Positions 39,570 through 48,254 of a stretch of 58,591 nucleotides of DNA are shown one piece after another (position 1 is the stretch's first letter; every line of letters starts with the position of its first letter). The notes below the pieces were generated by a model. The model was not told the DNA's origin and searched no databases. It saw only the letters and a list, made by a program, of their open reading frames with translations. The DNA lies in contig JAGWBI010000012.1 of assembly GCA_021295965.1 (NCBI GenBank), positions 1 to 58,591 of the forward strand, given 5' to 3'. The DNA comes from Dehalococcoidia bacterium. GTDB lineage: Bacteria > Chloroflexota > Dehalococcoidia > Lucifugimonadales > UBA3495. The translations under genes were made by a program, and so were the position numbers.

Positions 39570-40523
39570 CTAGTCCGCCGGTATCAACGGCATCACCTCA
39601 CGGGCAAACCGTTCCATGGCCTCCTGCTGCTGGTCGGCGCTGTCGGCAGGGAAGCTGAAGATGAAGTGCCGCACGCCCAGGTCCTGGTACTGACGCAGGT
39701 CGGCGGCGATTTGCTCGGGCCGGCCCGCAACCATGCGGCGGTTCGCATCCGGCTCGTCCTGGAATACGCAGTCGGTGCTGAACACCAGGTCCACGGCGTC
39801 CTCGGCGCGTCCGGCGCGGGCGCTGACGCGGCGCAGGTGGGCGACTTTCTCAGCCAGTTCCTCGGGTTCCAGGATTGCCGGTGGGCGCAGGCCAATGGGC
39901 ATCCAGCCGTCGCCCAGGGTGGCGGCGCGGCGGATGGCCGGATTGGTGTGGCCGCCGATCCAGATGGGCGGGTGGGGCTTCTGCACCGGCTTGGGCAGGA
40001 AACCGGCGCCGGCGATGTCGTAATGCTCGCCGTGGAACTCCGGGTTGTCCGATGTCCACAGTTCCTTGAAAATCTGGATGTACTCGTCGGTGACCTTACC
40101 GCGCTGGGCGTAGGTGTCCAGCCCCATGGCCTGGAACTCCTCCTCCATCCAGCCCACGCCGGCGCCCAGGATAAGCCGGCCGCCGCTGAGCACGTCGAGC
40201 GTTGCCAATATCTTGGCGGTGAGCACCGGGTTGCGGTAGGGCAGGATGAGCACGTGGGTTCCCAGCTTGACCCGCGTGGTGCAGCCGGCCAGGAAGTTCA
40301 GCGCAGCCAGCGGCTCGAAGTAGGTGTTATCCCGTTGGAAGGGCGCCACGCCATCGGCCGCGTAGGGATAGAATGATGACACCTCGTGGGGAATGATGAT
40401 GTGGTCGCTGACCCACACATGGTCAAAGGACAGATCCTCGGCCCGCTGCGCCAGGTTCCGCAGGTTGTCAGGAGACGCCATCGCCCCCCGGCTGGGTAGC
40501 GAACATCCAAAAGTAACCGGCAT
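39570..40523 (-). CDS. LLM-class, probably F420-dependent oxidoreductase
   Basis: VWVSDH, LPYRNPVLTAK, LDVLSGGR, PKPVQKPHPPIWIGG, GDGWMP. Confidence 0.92.
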   Translation of the reverse strand: MPVTFGCSLPSRGAMASPDNLRNLAQRAEDLSFDHVWVSDHIIIPHEVSSFYPYAADGVAPFQRDNTYFEPLAALNFLAGCTTRVKLGTHVLILPYRNPVLTAKILATLDVLSGGRLILGAGVGWMEEEFQAMGLDTYAQRGKVTDEYIQIFKELWTSDNPEFHGEHYDIAGAGFLPKPVQKPHPPIWIGGHTNPAIRRAATLGDGWMPIGLRPPAILEPEELAEKVAHLRRVSARAGRAEDAVDLVFSTDCVFQDEPDANRRMVAGRPEQIAADLRQYQDLGVRHFIFSFPADSADQQQEAMERFAREVMPLIPAD

Positions 40524-40626
40524 GAGATCACCTCTGTGGCAAGTCGGTAGTCATCGATGATAATTGGTCGGATGCTATACTACCATCGTCGTTGCCGCTA
40601 AACGCAGAAACAGTTGAGGGAAAACT

Positions 40627-41082
40627 GTGCCTCCCCGAAACCGCCGCCAGTCGGCTGCCCGCCGGGAAGCGAGCATCCGCAAACATTTGCCCAAGGCTCG
40701 CGAGTATTGGTCAAAGTGGCCGGCCTATCTCGCCGAAGGCGATTTGTGCCAGGCCGGCGAAAAAGGCTGGGGCGCAGTGGCCCAACTGGCAAAAGCGGTG
40801 GCTTCCCATCGTGGCTGGTTTCATTCCAGCCATGAGGCTATCCGCTCCGCCATTCGGCAGATAGCGGACGAATCGGACACGCCAGCCGACATCAGGCGTG
40901 CCCTGATGCACGCAGAAATGTTGCACGGCAATTTTTACGAAATCAACTTGGACCAGATTGATACCGGATTGGCTTTGGAGGATGCCAGAGGACTTCTCGA
41001 AGTGCTCTGGCGCCAGCTGCCCGGCGAATTCACCGGCGGGATCCCATTTGATGAATGGGCCTCCGCTAACGGCGATTCATAA
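40627..41082 (+). CDS. PaREP1-family (HEPN-like) protein
   Basis: GDLCQAGEKGWGA...KAVA..RGW..SH...LHGNFYE. Confidence 0.75.
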   Translation: MPPRNRRQSAARREASIRKHLPKAREYWSKWPAYLAEGDLCQAGEKGWGAVAQLAKAVASHRGWFHSSHEAIRSAIRQIADESDTPADIRRALMHAEMLHGNFYEINLDQIDTGLALEDARGLLEVLWRQLPGEFTGGIPFDEWASANGDS

Positions 41083-42225
41083 ATGAACTCTCTCGCCAAC
41101 CCTACCATCGCCAGCCGCGTCGTCGTTGCCATGAGCGGCGGCGTGGATTCGTCGGTGGCTGCCCTGCTGCTGCACCGGCAGGGTTACGATGTTATCGGCG
41201 TCACCATGAAGCTGTATGACATTGACCAGGCCGACCTGCCCGAGTACTACCGGGGCTGCTGCACCCTGGACGACGTTGAGGACGCCCGTGCCGTCTGCCG
41301 GATCCTTGGGGCGCCCCACTACGTGCTGAACGTGCAGCGCGAGTTCCGCAGTTTCGTCATCGACTACTTCCGCAGCGAGTACGAGAACGGGCGCACGCCT
41401 CACCCCTGCATCGCCTGCAACGACAAGATCAAATTCAGCTTCCTGGCCCAACGCTCCCGGATGCTCCAGGCCAGCCACGTCGCCACCGGTCACTACGCGC
41501 GCATCGAAAAGGACGCTTCAGACCGTTGGGTTCTGCGCCGCGGCGCGGACGCCGACAAGGACCAGTCCTATGTCCTGTTCGGGATGCGGCAGGAGCAACT
41601 GGCCGCAACCCTGATGCCGGTGGGACACTATCCCAAGTCGCAAATCCGCGACCTGGCCGCCGACGCCGGCTTCCCCAACGCGGACAAGCCGGACAGCCAG
41701 GACATCTGCTTCATCCCCACCGGCGACTACCGCGAATTCCTGCGCCAGCGCACCGACGAGCGACCGGGCGACATCGTTGACGCTGCCGGCAACGTGCTGG
41801 GACAGCACGAGGGCATCCAGTACTTCACCGTCGGCCAGCGACGCGGCCTGGGACTGTCCGGCGGGCCGCCCAAGTTCGTCATACGGCTGGAACCAGATGC
41901 CCGCCGCGTGGTGGTCGGCTCCGAGGACAACCTGTACCAGGACACCCTGTTCGCCGACCCGGTATCGTGGGTGTCGGGAGAACCACCGACCGGCCCGGTC
42001 GATGTAACAGTCAAGATACGCTACAAGTTCGCGGAAGCGCCGGCCACCGTGACCGCCGTCGGCTCCGGCGCATTGGTCCGGTTCCGCGAGTCGCAACGCG
42101 CCATCACGCCCGGCCAGGCTGCCGTGTTCTACCAGGGCGACACCGTCCTCGGCGGCGGCGCAATCGCCGGCCACGAACCGGAGATACCCGCCGCGCCAAG
42201 CGTTGCCGCGACGGTCAATGCCTGA
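41083..42225 (+). CDS. mnmA: tRNA 2-thiouridine(34) synthase
   Basis: AMSGGVDSS, PCIACN, ATGHYA, KDQSY, DSQDICF, TVGQRRG, TPGQ. Confidence 0.97.
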   Translation: MNSLANPTIASRVVVAMSGGVDSSVAALLLHRQGYDVIGVTMKLYDIDQADLPEYYRGCCTLDDVEDARAVCRILGAPHYVLNVQREFRSFVIDYFRSEYENGRTPHPCIACNDKIKFSFLAQRSRMLQASHVATGHYARIEKDASDRWVLRRGADADKDQSYVLFGMRQEQLAATLMPVGHYPKSQIRDLAADAGFPNADKPDSQDICFIPTGDYREFLRQRTDERPGDIVDAAGNVLGQHEGIQYFTVGQRRGLGLSGGPPKFVIRLEPDARRVVVGSEDNLYQDTLFADPVSWVSGEPPTGPVDVTVKIRYKFAEAPATVTAVGSGALVRFRESQRAITPGQAAVFYQGDTVLGGGAIAGHEPEIPAAPSVAATVNA

Positions 42226-42859
42226 CCTTGCTCTCGAAACCCAGTTTCGCGCCCAAGGCCATCTCCTGATCGCCGGCGTGGACGAAGCGGGACGCGGCCC
42301 GCTGGCCGGCCCCGTAGCCGCTGCCGCCGTCATTCTCCCACCCGACCTGACCGGCGACGAGTCGTGGCTGAGCGTTATCGATGACAGCAAAAGGTTGACG
42401 GAAACGCGGAGGGTTGCGGCGGCGAAAGTGGTACACGCCAACGCCCTCGCCTGGTCGGTGGAACTGGTAGCGTCCTGCGAAATTGATCGCATCGGCATCG
42501 GCAACGCCGCAATCCGGGCCATGATGGACGCGGTGTCGGTCCTGAATCCGTACCCCCACGCCCTGCTGCTGGACTGGGTCCCCATTAAGCAGTGTCCCCT
42601 GCCTCATCAAACCGTGGTCAAGGGCGACGCGAAATCCCTCTCCATCGCCGCCGCCAGCATTCTCGCCAAAGTGGCCCGCGACGAAACCATGAAGCAGGTG
42701 GACGGTCGCTATCCCGGATATGGTTTCGCCCAACACAAAGGCTACGCAACCGCCCAGCACCTCCGCTGCCTATCCGAATTGGGTCCAACTCCCATTCATC
42801 GCCGTTCCTTCCGCCCCTTGCGACAAGCTCGTCTGCTGCGCGATGCCGACGTCGCATGA
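42218..42859 (+). CDS. rnhB: Ribonuclease HII
   Basis: GVDEAGRGPLAGPV, DDSK, KGDA, AAASILAKV.RD, HKGY, HRRSF. Confidence 0.96.
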   Translation: MPDLALETQFRAQGHLLIAGVDEAGRGPLAGPVAAAAVILPPDLTGDESWLSVIDDSKRLTETRRVAAAKVVHANALAWSVELVASCEIDRIGIGNAAIRAMMDAVSVLNPYPHALLLDWVPIKQCPLPHQTVVKGDAKSLSIAAASILAKVARDETMKQVDGRYPGYGFAQHKGYATAQHLRCLSELGPTPIHRRSFRPLRQARLLRDADVA

Positions 42860-43247
42860 CTCCTCTGGTTCCGGTCGGCTGTCACCGCAGCAGATCGGGG
42901 GTGTCGGCGAACGGCTGGCCCGTAACCACCTGGAGGCCAAAGGCTACCGCATCGTCGCGTGCAACTACCGCTGCCGCTGGGGAGAGGTTGACCTGGTTGC
43001 CCGTGATGGCCCGGTATGGGTGTTCGTGGAAGTCCGCACCCGGCGCGGCGACGCCTACGGCGTACCGGAAGAGTCGCTTACGCCGGACAAAGCCCAGCGT
43101 CTCATGCTGACTGCCCAGCACTTCTTTGGGGAATTACAGGACGGATCCGCTGAAGCGGACTGGCGCATCGACCTGGTGGCGATCCGCCTGGGGCCGGCCC
43201 GTAGGGTGCTTGACATCCATCACCTGGAAAACGTCGTCGCAGGATGA
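42843..43247 (+). CDS. yraN: YraN (UPF0102) family nuclease
   Basis: GERLA...GYRIVACNYRCRWGEVDLVA...FVEVRTR...RIDLV. Confidence 0.92.
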   Translation: MPTSHDSSGSGRLSPQQIGGVGERLARNHLEAKGYRIVACNYRCRWGEVDLVARDGPVWVFVEVRTRRGDAYGVPEESLTPDKAQRLMLTAQHFFGELQDGSAEADWRIDLVAIRLGPARRVLDIHHLENVVAG

Positions 43248-43311
43248 TGCCAGGCGAATGCTATAATTCCCCACGTCGTCACCGCGTGACCGTATCATTG
43301 CGAGGCTCGCC

Positions 43312-44100
43312 ATGACATCCAAACCAGCGAAAACCCGGCTGGCCGGTCCCCACTCTCATCTGACCGAACTGCCAACCCCGCCCAAACGTCCCGATGCCAT
43401 GAAGCAAAGGCGGCACATCGCCAAAGCCGACCAGATCTTGCGCAGCCACCACCGGAACCGGCCCGACGTCCTGGTGTCGGGACAGGGTTATCTTTGCCGG
43501 GAGGCCAGAGAGGCCCGACAGTCGCCCCGGCCCGATTGCATCGTCTCCTTCAGCTTGTCCATCCCTCCAGATGTAATTGAGGACGTGGCCAATGGTTACG
43601 TCATAAGCGAACTCGGCAAACCGCCGGAATTCGTGCTGGAGGTGGCCTCGGAAAGTACCGGCGAAAGGGATTACACGGTGAAGCGGGAAATCTACGCTCG
43701 ATTTGGGGTGAAGGAATACTGGCGATTCGACTATACCGGAGGACGTTTCCACGACGTGCCCCTGGCCGGCGACCGATTGGTGGGCGACAGGTACGAGTCC
43801 ATACCCGTTGAGGAAAGGGAAGACGGCACCATACGCGGACGCAGCGCGGAGTTGGACCTGGAATTGCACTGGCATTTCGGCCAACTGCGCTTCTGGGATC
43901 CAGCGACCGGAGAGTATTTGCCGGATCTGATTGAAGCGCTGGAAGCGCTGGCAATGGCCGAGTCGCAGCGGGACAGCGCCGAAGAGCAGCGTGATGCTGC
44001 CATTGCTCAGCGTGATGACGCCATCTCCCAGCGCGACACCGCCCGGTCGCGCATCCAGGAACTGGAGGCAGAACTGCGCCGCCTCCGCTCTGAAGATTAG
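43312..44100 (+). CDS. Uma2 (DUF820) family endonuclease-like protein with coiled-coil tail
   Basis: PD...PPEFVLEVASEST..RD...K...YA..GVKEYWRFD. Confidence 0.88.
   Translation: MTSKPAKTRLAGPHSHLTELPTPPKRPDAMKQRRHIAKADQILRSHHRNRPDVLVSGQGYLCREAREARQSPRPDCIVSFSLSIPPDVIEDVANGYVISELGKPPEFVLEVASESTGERDYTVKREIYARFGVKEYWRFDYTGGRFHDVPLAGDRLVGDRYESIPVEEREDGTIRGRSAELDLELHWHFGQLRFWDPATGEYLPDLIEALEALAMAESQRDSAEEQRDAAIAQRDDAISQRDTARSRIQELEAELRRLRSED
43966..44049 (+). repeat. 4 x 21-bp coding tandem repeat (QRDxAxx)
   Basis: QRDSAEE QRDAAIA QRDDAIS QRDTARS. Each unit begins CAGCGNGA. Confidence 0.8.
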
Positions 44101-44134
44101 TCTGCCTCGAAGGCGGTTGACCCCTACCTGGTTG

Positions 44135-44235
44135 GTCATCGCAAGGAGCGGGAGACGTGGCGATCCCGTTGCCAGAGCGACGACCCACCCGAATAACGAG
44201 ATTGCCATCCGCCAGAGGCGGGCTCGCAATGACAG
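44135..44235. repeat. TGTCATTGCGAG-type REP/MITE-like hairpin element
   Basis: GTCATCGCAAG...CTCGCAATGAC ends. Shares AACGAGATYGCCATCCGCC with the 7873-7977 copy. Confidence 0.7.
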
Positions 44236-44354
44236 GTCAGGGAAAGTGGGTAGGCACGAGCGGATGCGGCGGTTGACTGTGCCACCGCCGGATACTAGAC
44301 TAATTGCCGCTTGGCCCGCCGGCCAACACGAACCTTCCAGCGGGCGGCGTCACC

Positions 44355-44885
44355 ATGGCTATCGACCTCGCCGAACATATTCGCAACATCCCCGACTTCC
44401 CCATTCATGGGGTCCAGTTTAAGGACATCACCTCACTGCTTTTGTCGCCGGACGCGTTCAGCGAGACCATCAACCGCATGGTCGAACAGGCGCGTAAGCG
44501 GGAGGTGGATGGCTTGGCCGCAATCGACTCTCGGGGTTTCCTGTTCGCCGCGCCGATGGCGGACCGCATGGGGTTACCCCTGGTGCTGGTGAGGAAGGCG
44601 GGGAAGTTGCCCGGTGAAACGATTGGGTACGAATACACGCTGGAATACGGCTCAAATACCCTTGAGATCCATGCCGGGGACATCACACCGGGTCAACGTA
44701 TTTTGATAATCGACGACCTGCTTGCCACCGGGGGTAGCATCGAAGCCGCCGCAAACCTGGTAAAAAACGCCGGCGGCATCCCCGCCAGCGTCGGGGTGGT
44801 AATTGAGCTAATCGGTTTGGGCGGGCGCCAAAACCTGGCCGACTACGACCTCTTTTCCCTGGTCACTTTTGAAGTGGACGAATAG
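44355..44885 (+). CDS. apt: Adenine phosphoribosyltransferase
   Basis: IPDFP..GVQFKDIT, SRGF, RKAGKLPG, LEYG, IIDDLLATGGS. Confidence 0.96.
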   Translation: MAIDLAEHIRNIPDFPIHGVQFKDITSLLLSPDAFSETINRMVEQARKREVDGLAAIDSRGFLFAAPMADRMGLPLVLVRKAGKLPGETIGYEYTLEYGSNTLEIHAGDITPGQRILIIDDLLATGGSIEAAANLVKNAGGIPASVGVVIELIGLGGRQNLADYDLFSLVTFEVDE

Positions 44886-44926
44886 CCGCCAGCGAAATTC
44901 GCAGCGCACTCAGGAGGATTTCCCCA

Positions 44927-45799
44927 ATGGCAGACAAAGCAACTATCGGCAACGTAGAAGTTACCGCCGTCATCGACATGGTTCCGCCGCCGCGCGAGCC
45001 GTCAGCGATGTTCCCCGACGTCTCCGCCGACGCCTGGGCGTCTTATCAAGACACCCTGGAAGACGGTCAGCTCCAGCTTTATTACGGAGTCTTCCTGCTC
45101 AAGACCTCGGAACACGTCATACTGGTGGACACCGGCATGGGCCCCGGCCCGCACCCCGACCGGGGCAACGTCACCGGCAACCTCTACGAGGAGCTGCGGC
45201 CCCACCTGGAGTCCAACGTCGGCGTCAACAACACCAACGTCGGCCCCAGCGACTCGGTCAACTACATCATTCACACCCACCTGCACGGCGACCATGTTGG
45301 CTGGAACCTGCGCTACTCCGGCGGGATGCCGGCGCCCAACTTCCGCCGGGCGCGGTACGTGATGTCGCGCCCCGACTACGACTACTTCACGTCGGAACAG
45401 GGTCGCCAGATGTACCCCTACATCGACCGTCAGGTCATGCCCCTGCGTCGCCTGCGTCTCCAGCAGATCCTGGAAGAGCCGGAACACACCATCAGCGACG
45501 AAATCTCCATCGCCCCGGCCCCCGGTCACACGCCCGGCCACCAGGTGGTGCTGATCAACTCCAACGGCCAGCGGGGGGTCGTTATGGGCGACGTGCTCCA
45601 CACCATCGCCCAGGTATCCGAGCCTTCCTGGTGCGCCGGCGTGGACACCGACAAGGAGCAGTCCGCCGCATCGCGAGCGCGCCTGCTGGATGCCGCCGAG
45701 GAAGGCGACTGGACCATCTGCGCCGGCCACTTCCCGCCGGGGAAGCAGATCGGCAAGATCGCCCGCGTGGACGGCAAGCGGGTCTGGCAACCCCTCTAG
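44927..45799 (+). CDS. Metallo-beta-lactamase-fold hydrolase
   Basis: LVDTG, THLHGDHVGWN, PGHTPGH, GDVLH, GHF. Confidence 0.92.
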   Translation: MADKATIGNVEVTAVIDMVPPPREPSAMFPDVSADAWASYQDTLEDGQLQLYYGVFLLKTSEHVILVDTGMGPGPHPDRGNVTGNLYEELRPHLESNVGVNNTNVGPSDSVNYIIHTHLHGDHVGWNLRYSGGMPAPNFRRARYVMSRPDYDYFTSEQGRQMYPYIDRQVMPLRRLRLQQILEEPEHTISDEISIAPAPGHTPGHQVVLINSNGQRGVVMGDVLHTIAQVSEPSWCAGVDTDKEQSAASRARLLDAAEEGDWTICAGHFPPGKQIGKIARVDGKRVWQPL

Positions 45800-45822
45800 C
45801 CCAGCCTCTAACCGCTTGAACT

Positions 45823-45853
<31 letters not shown>

Positions 45854-45875
45854 CTGTTGCCCGGAGCGATCCCGT

Positions 45876-46601
45876 ATGACCCAACTTCGGAACCTTTTGG
45901 AACGCATTGAACAGGGCAGCGGTCCCTCATTGGGGTTCGGCTCTTCGCAATCCGCGCGCCTGCCGGGGATGGCGCTGATCGGCCGGTGCTCCGGCGACAT
46001 GGACTCCGCCCTAGCCGCCGCGTCCGATTCCGCTGACGTGCTGGTTATCGCCGCTCCTGATCTCTCCCCGGACACGATGCCGGACATTCGCGGCCGAGTC
46101 TGGGGCATTGGCGGCGCGCCTCTAACGCCTGAAAACGTCGTGCTTTGGCAGGACGCCGGCGCCGATTTCATGGTGTCTCCGCCGGCTGGCGCACTGGTGG
46201 ACGCCATCAACATGGCCCAGCCGGGCATGACTCACGGAATGCGTATTCCGGACGAACCAAACGACGTCATCTGGCGAATGCTCGCCGCCGCACCGGTGGA
46301 TTTCCTGGTGCTGGACAAATCGGCCATGACCGGCCCCTGGACCTTCGCGGACCTGGCCCAGGTGTCCGACGCCGTCAGCCGGACCGACAAGTTCCAGTTG
46401 GTGCGATTGGGCATTCGGGCCACCGCCAACGAATTGCTCGCCTTACGCCAGGCCGGCGCCGTGGCCGTTGTCGCCGAGGCCAATGACCTGGGCGCGGATG
46501 GCATGGCAGCGCTGAAAGCCGACCTGATGGCCTTGCCCCGCGCGCAGCCGGCGTCCCGCCGCCGGGTACAGCCGGGAAGCCTGGAAAATCCTGCTACGTG
46601 A
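45876..46601 (+). CDS. Hypothetical protein (possible degenerate TIM barrel)
   Basis: 241-aa alpha/beta-alternating ORF. Overlaps the next gene by 4 nt (GTGA). Confidence 0.65.
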   Translation: MTQLRNLLERIEQGSGPSLGFGSSQSARLPGMALIGRCSGDMDSALAAASDSADVLVIAAPDLSPDTMPDIRGRVWGIGGAPLTPENVVLWQDAGADFMVSPPAGALVDAINMAQPGMTHGMRIPDEPNDVIWRMLAAAPVDFLVLDKSAMTGPWTFADLAQVSDAVSRTDKFQLVRLGIRATANELLALRQAGAVAVVAEANDLGADGMAALKADLMALPRAQPASRRRVQPGSLENPAT

Positions 46602-47299
46602 TACTCCAGAGCCTCGACCTGCTCCGGGACAATCCGGTCTCCTTTATCCTGGTCATCGGCATCGGGTTGCTGGGGTTGGTAATCGGTTTCACCGTCCACG
46701 AGTTCAGCCATGCCCTGACCTCACACATGGAGGGCGACGACACCGCCCGCCGGATGGGGCGGCTAACCTTCAACCCGATTAAGCACATCGACCTGCTTGG
46801 GTTCTTGCTCTTGCTGGTGGTCGGGTTCGGGTGGGCCAAGCCGGTGCAGGTCGATCCGTACAACCTGCGGCACGGACGCCTGGGGATGTCGTGGGTGGCT
46901 CTCGCCGGGCCGTTGTCCAACTTCGTGCTGGCGTTTCTGCTGGGGTTAGTATTCCGCTTCGACCTGCTGCCCGTGGTGACCAGCACGGTGTTCATATCGG
47001 GCATTGCCGAAGTGGTGGGATTTGCCGCATTCCTCGCCATCTTCTTCAACCTGATCCTCGGCATCTTCAACCTGATACCCCTGCCTCCGCTGGACGGCAG
47101 CAAAGTCCTTGGCGGGCTGCTCCCTCGTTCGTTGTATGTACCGTACCTGCAGTTCGAACGCTACGGCTGGATACCCCTCATCGGCCTCATTGGCGTCAAC
47201 CTCGCGTTGAGCTACGCCTTCGGGATCAACTTGCTGGGCCAGATCCTGCTGCCGCCGGCGCTTTTCATGTTCCGGTTGGCCACCGGCCTTCCCTTGTAA
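46598..47299 (+). CDS. Site-2 protease family (M50) membrane metalloprotease
   Basis: HEFSH, GRLTFNP, GWAKPV, AGPLSN, FNLIPLPPLDG. Confidence 0.94.
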   Translation: MILQSLDLLRDNPVSFILVIGIGLLGLVIGFTVHEFSHALTSHMEGDDTARRMGRLTFNPIKHIDLLGFLLLLVVGFGWAKPVQVDPYNLRHGRLGMSWVALAGPLSNFVLAFLLGLVFRFDLLPVVTSTVFISGIAEVVGFAAFLAIFFNLILGIFNLIPLPPLDGSKVLGGLLPRSLYVPYLQFERYGWIPLIGLIGVNLALSYAFGINLLGQILLPPALFMFRLATGLPL

Positions 47300-47303
47300 A
47301 ACG

Positions 47304-47331
47304 GTAGGGGCGAATCATCATTCGCCCCTAC
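47304..47331. repeat. GTAG-type REP-like palindrome
   Basis: GTAGGGGCGAAT-CATC-ATTCGCCCCTAC between convergent genes. Confidence 0.85.
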
Positions 47332-47356
47332 AAAAACTTGCCGTGCGCGCCGGGAG

Positions 47357-47944
47357 TTACGGCCGCAGCGGTATGGGCCGGTTGGCCTGGTTCTCAGCGA
47401 TCTGGTCGGTGTCCCACAGCTTGGCGAAATTGTACGCCCGTGGGCAGTGGCCGTAAGCTTCCTCGACGTTGATGATAACGCCCTGCAGGTGCTTGGAGTT
47501 GTCGTCCGTCCAGTAGAGTTCCAATTCCACCTTCTGCCGCTCCAACTCCTCCTTGCTCACGATGGTGACGGTGCCGTTGACGCGGACGGTGTCGTTTACG
47601 CCCGGGATCATAAACAGCAGGCCGACATGGGGGTTGGAGTCCATGTTCTGGTAGGACTGGAACAGTCGGTTGCCGGCCACGTCGGGCATCAACAGACGCG
47701 TATTGTCGATCACCTTCACGAAACCCGGCTTGCCGCCCTTGGGCGAGGCGTCGCAGTTCCCCTCCGGATCGGACGAGGCCATCACCACAAAGGGAGCGGC
47801 TTGGATGAATTTTTGCACGAATTCGGACATCTCGCCCTTGACCTTGACCTTGGCCCGTGCGCTCATCTCGCCGAATTCGTCGTTGAACCGGCTCGGCTCC
47901 TGTTCGATGGTGCAGAGGTCGTCGGCGGTGGCGGTGGTAGTCAT
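47357..47944 (-). CDS. Pyridoxamine 5'-phosphate oxidase-like FMN-binding protein (MSMEG_1061 type)
   Basis: FI..APF, CDASPKGGKPGFV, PD..GN, VGLLFMIPG, RVNG, HCPRA. Confidence 0.88.
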   Translation of the reverse strand: MTTTATADDLCTIEQEPSRFNDEFGEMSARAKVKVKGEMSEFVQKFIQAAPFVVMASSDPEGNCDASPKGGKPGFVKVIDNTRLLMPDVAGNRLFQSYQNMDSNPHVGLLFMIPGVNDTVRVNGTVTIVSKEELERQKVELELYWTDDNSKHLQGVIINVEEAYGHCPRAYNFAKLWDTDQIAENQANRPIPLRP

Positions 47945-48147
47945 GGCGAAAACCCTCCCGGCATTTCTCAGTCTTTTGGCACGAAGTGCGCACAGAATAA
48001 CGGATTTGGCCTGGATACGCCACCTCCGACCGCGCTGTTTATAGCCTAATTCAGCACTATGCAAACCTGGATATACGATATTCGTTACCAGTTATCATTT
48101 CACGACATGATACGTTCCCCAAAATCGTCTATTTGTCCGAAAGGCAA

Positions 48148-48177
48148 TTGACATTACTGCAAGTGATAACCTATATT
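48148..48177 (+). promoter_or_regulatory. Sigma70 promoter of SBP copy 1
   Basis: TTGACA-N18-TATATT. Confidence 0.6.
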
Positions 48178-48254
48178 CGGCAACGGACGAATTGGATAGA
48201 CAGTTTTCGTCGTAGTCAAAGATGTCGTTTCGATTACCGGAAGGGAGAGACATT

